DNA of 35,416 nt from the NCBI GenBank assembly GCA_964539195.1, contig CAZIIC010000005.1, forward strand, positions 1 to 35,416, given 5' to 3'. Both the position numbers and the translations under genes were made by a program. Of the stretch, positions 34,408-35,416 are shown piece by piece; positions within the stretch are counted from its first letter, which is position 1, and each line of letters starts with the position of its first letter. The DNA comes from an uncultured Candidatus Saccharibacteria bacterium (GTDB taxonomy: Bacteria; Patescibacteriota; Dojkabacteria; SC72). The notes under the pieces were generated by a model. That model was given only the letters and a program-made list of their open reading frames with translations, was not told the origin of the DNA and did not search any database.

Positions 34408-35007
34408 ATGAATATATTAAATAATTTAGAGTGGTATATTTTTGCAATACCTTCTTTAATAATTGCCTCTACAATACACGAATATGCGCATGCCTTAATG
34501 GCCACAAAACTTGGTGATTACACATCGAAAGCGGAAGGGCGACTGACTCTAAACCCATTAAGCCATATTGACCCAATTGGAGCTATCCTTATGATTTTAG
34601 TCGGGTTTGGTTGGAGCAAACCAGTGCCAATTAATGAGTATAACTTCACAAAACCTGTACTTCACACTGCTTTTACTGCAGCAGCTGGCCCAATTTCAAA
34701 CATAATAATTGTTTTAATATGTTCTTTAATATTTCAATTCTTCCCTTCATTACCACTTTTAATATTTATCATTGTTAATGTGTCACTTGCTGCATTTAAT
34801 CTTATCCCTATTCCACCACTTGACGGGCATAAAATTGTTAGAGCACTACTTCCTTTCAAACTTCAATACTATTGGGAGCAATTAGAGAAGTTTGTCCCTA
34901 TAATTTTCTTATTATTCCTACTTCCTTTCTCCCCCCTATCTACTTTTACCTCAACTCTAATTAAATGGGTGATAGAAAATTTACTATCAATACTAGGTAT
35001 TTATTAG
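34408..35007 (+). CDS. Site-2 protease family (M50B) integral membrane zinc metalloprotease
   Basis: HEYAHAL (HExxH) in TM1, and NLIPIPPLDGHKI as the third ligand motif. 199 aa, polytopic. Confidence 0.85.
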   Translation: MNILNNLEWYIFAIPSLIIASTIHEYAHALMATKLGDYTSKAEGRLTLNPLSHIDPIGAILMILVGFGWSKPVPINEYNFTKPVLHTAFTAAAGPISNIIIVLICSLIFQFFPSLPLLIFIIVNVSLAAFNLIPIPPLDGHKIVRALLPFKLQYYWEQLEKFVPIIFLLFLLPFSPLSTFTSTLIKWVIENLLSILGIY

Positions 35008-35010
35008 TAG

Positions 35011-35039
35011 TTGTACAGTAATAATTTTCGAGGTATTAT
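35011..35039 (+). promoter_or_regulatory. Candidate promoter TTGTAC - 17 bp - TATTAT for the downstream structured RNA
   Basis: -35 at 35011..35016, 17-bp spacer, -10 at 35034..35039. The predicted start near 35046 coincides with the first base pair of the RNA closing stem. Confidence 0.4.
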
Positions 35040-35044
35040 GAAGA

Positions 35045-35185
35045 GTTCTGATGGGTTATAGGGTGTAGCTTGTCCTGCGATCAGCCATGGGATTTCATAT
35101 AATCCAACTCCTTGGAGTTAGATTGAGAAAACCCACTTACATTGTAAGGGCATCAAAGCTCCACTCTCCATCAGGACATTTTTTT
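35045..35185 (+). ncRNA. Candidate structured small RNA (~135-140 nt) of unknown family; rod-like with paired 5'/3' ends, an internal bubble and a U-tract
   Basis: A 10-bp closing stem pairs 35045-35054 with 35168-35177. A second helix pairs 35061-35071 with 35156-35166, with 1 mismatch. The apical hairpin at 35101-35124 has a CUUG loop, and a small hairpin lies at 35136-35148. A U7 tract sits at 35179-35185. No ORF is present, and the region has its own promoter-like elements. Confidence 0.5.
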
Positions 35186-35211
35186 CCACACTTTATTGAC
35201 TTTCACATAGC

Positions 35212-35220
35212 TGATATAAT
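35212..35220 (+). promoter_or_regulatory. Extended -10 promoter TGATATAAT for the tRNA-Thr/tRNA-Tyr operon
   Basis: Exact TGnTATAAT match, 18 nt upstream of the mature 5' end of tRNA-Thr. Confidence 0.5.
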
Positions 35221-35238
35221 ATGCTTCGTAATTGGAAT

Positions 35239-35315
35239 GCCGAAGTAGCTCAGTTGGTCAGAGCTACGGTTTTGTAAACCGTGGGTCGAGAGTTCGAATC
35301 TCTCCTTCGGCTCCA
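35239..35315 (+). tRNA. tRNA-Thr (anticodon UGU), CCA encoded
   Basis: Cloverleaf: acceptor GCCGAAG/CTTCGGC, D arm GCTC-AGTTGGTCA-GAGC, anticodon arm ACGGT-TTTGTAA-ACCGT, T arm GAGAG-TTCGAAT-CTCTC, discriminator T plus CCA. Confidence 0.93.
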
Positions 35316-35318
35316 TAT

Positions 35319-35401
35319 GCAGAGGTGGCGGAGCGGTCAAACGCACTTGACTGTAAATCAAGCACCTTCGGGTTACACAGGTTCAAATCCTGTCCTCTGC
35401 A
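35319..35401 (+). tRNA. tRNA-Tyr (anticodon GUA), class II long variable arm, CCA not encoded
   Basis: Acceptor GCAGAGG/CCTCTGC, anticodon arm CTTGA-CTGTAAA-TCAAG, variable arm with a TTCG loop, T arm ACAGG-TTCAAAT-CCTGT, discriminator A followed by TAC. It starts 3 nt after tRNA-Thr. Confidence 0.9.
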
Positions 35402-35416
35402 TACAACAAACTCCCC

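Noticed and set aside
35045-35185. Identification of the structured RNA as SRP (4.5S) RNA, tmRNA or RNase P RNA.
   Set aside because: It has no GNAR-capped helix 8 and no conserved GGAAGCAGCC-type domain IV motif; only a weak CAGCCAUGG resemblance sits on the wrong side of the apical loop. It is far too short for RNase P RNA or tmRNA and lacks a tRNA-like end. It is left as unknown, possibly 6S-like.
1-35416. Alternative genetic code (UGA=Gly, code 25, or UGA=Trp, code 4), as seen in some CPR or Mollicutes-like AT-rich genomes.
   Set aside because: All conserved housekeeping genes are full-length under the standard code with no internal TGA interruptions. TGA terminates four genes at positions consistent with family lengths. 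Only the skewed stop usage is reported as a finding.
1-35416. CRISPR arrays, insertion sequences, integrases, toxin-antitoxin or restriction-modification/defence gene clusters.
   Set aside because: I noticed no direct-repeat/spacer periodicity, no transposase- or integrase-like ORFs, and no nuclease/methylase/ATPase gene combinations typical of defence islands. RadC next to topA is a common housekeeping arrangement.

Overview
AT-rich (about one-third G+C by eye), tightly packed bacterial chromosome segment. It holds 36 protein genes (one truncated at the left edge), 3 tRNAs and one candidate small RNA. I saw no rRNA, CRISPR array, transposase, integrase or obvious prophage. Most of the window is housekeeping, mainly on the minus strand: cca, rnhC-cysS, dnaX-ybaB-recR, mfd, rpsU-yqeY-ybeY-pth, rpsB-tsf-frr-rseP, radC, topA, mreBCD-mrdA, rpmB, and a tRNA-Thr/Tyr pair. 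Tiny or negative intergenic spacers, missing neighbours in conserved operons, a shortened Mfd and an S2 fusion suggest a streamlined, probably Patescibacteria/CPR-like organism; this is inference. The standard genetic code fits. The best candidate for an undescribed system is a four-gene locus at 6135-10484. It encodes two secreted Ser/Thr/Gly-rich proteins that share a C-terminal module, plus two paralogous membrane-tethered two-domain beta proteins. The layout resembles Firmicute WxL/Csc surface loci but lacks their signature motifs. Other items of interest: a Cys-rich surface protein with a PQTG-TM-basic tail, a tandem pair of small acidic paralogues, and ribosomal protein S2 fused to an RpoA-alphaCTD-like helix-hairpin-helix domain. 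There is also a self-contained ~140-nt structured RNA unit (promoter, paired ends, U-tract), a recurrent leaderless-type promoter architecture (TGATA-type extended -10 placed 5-9 nt from ATGs), and unusual stop-codon usage.
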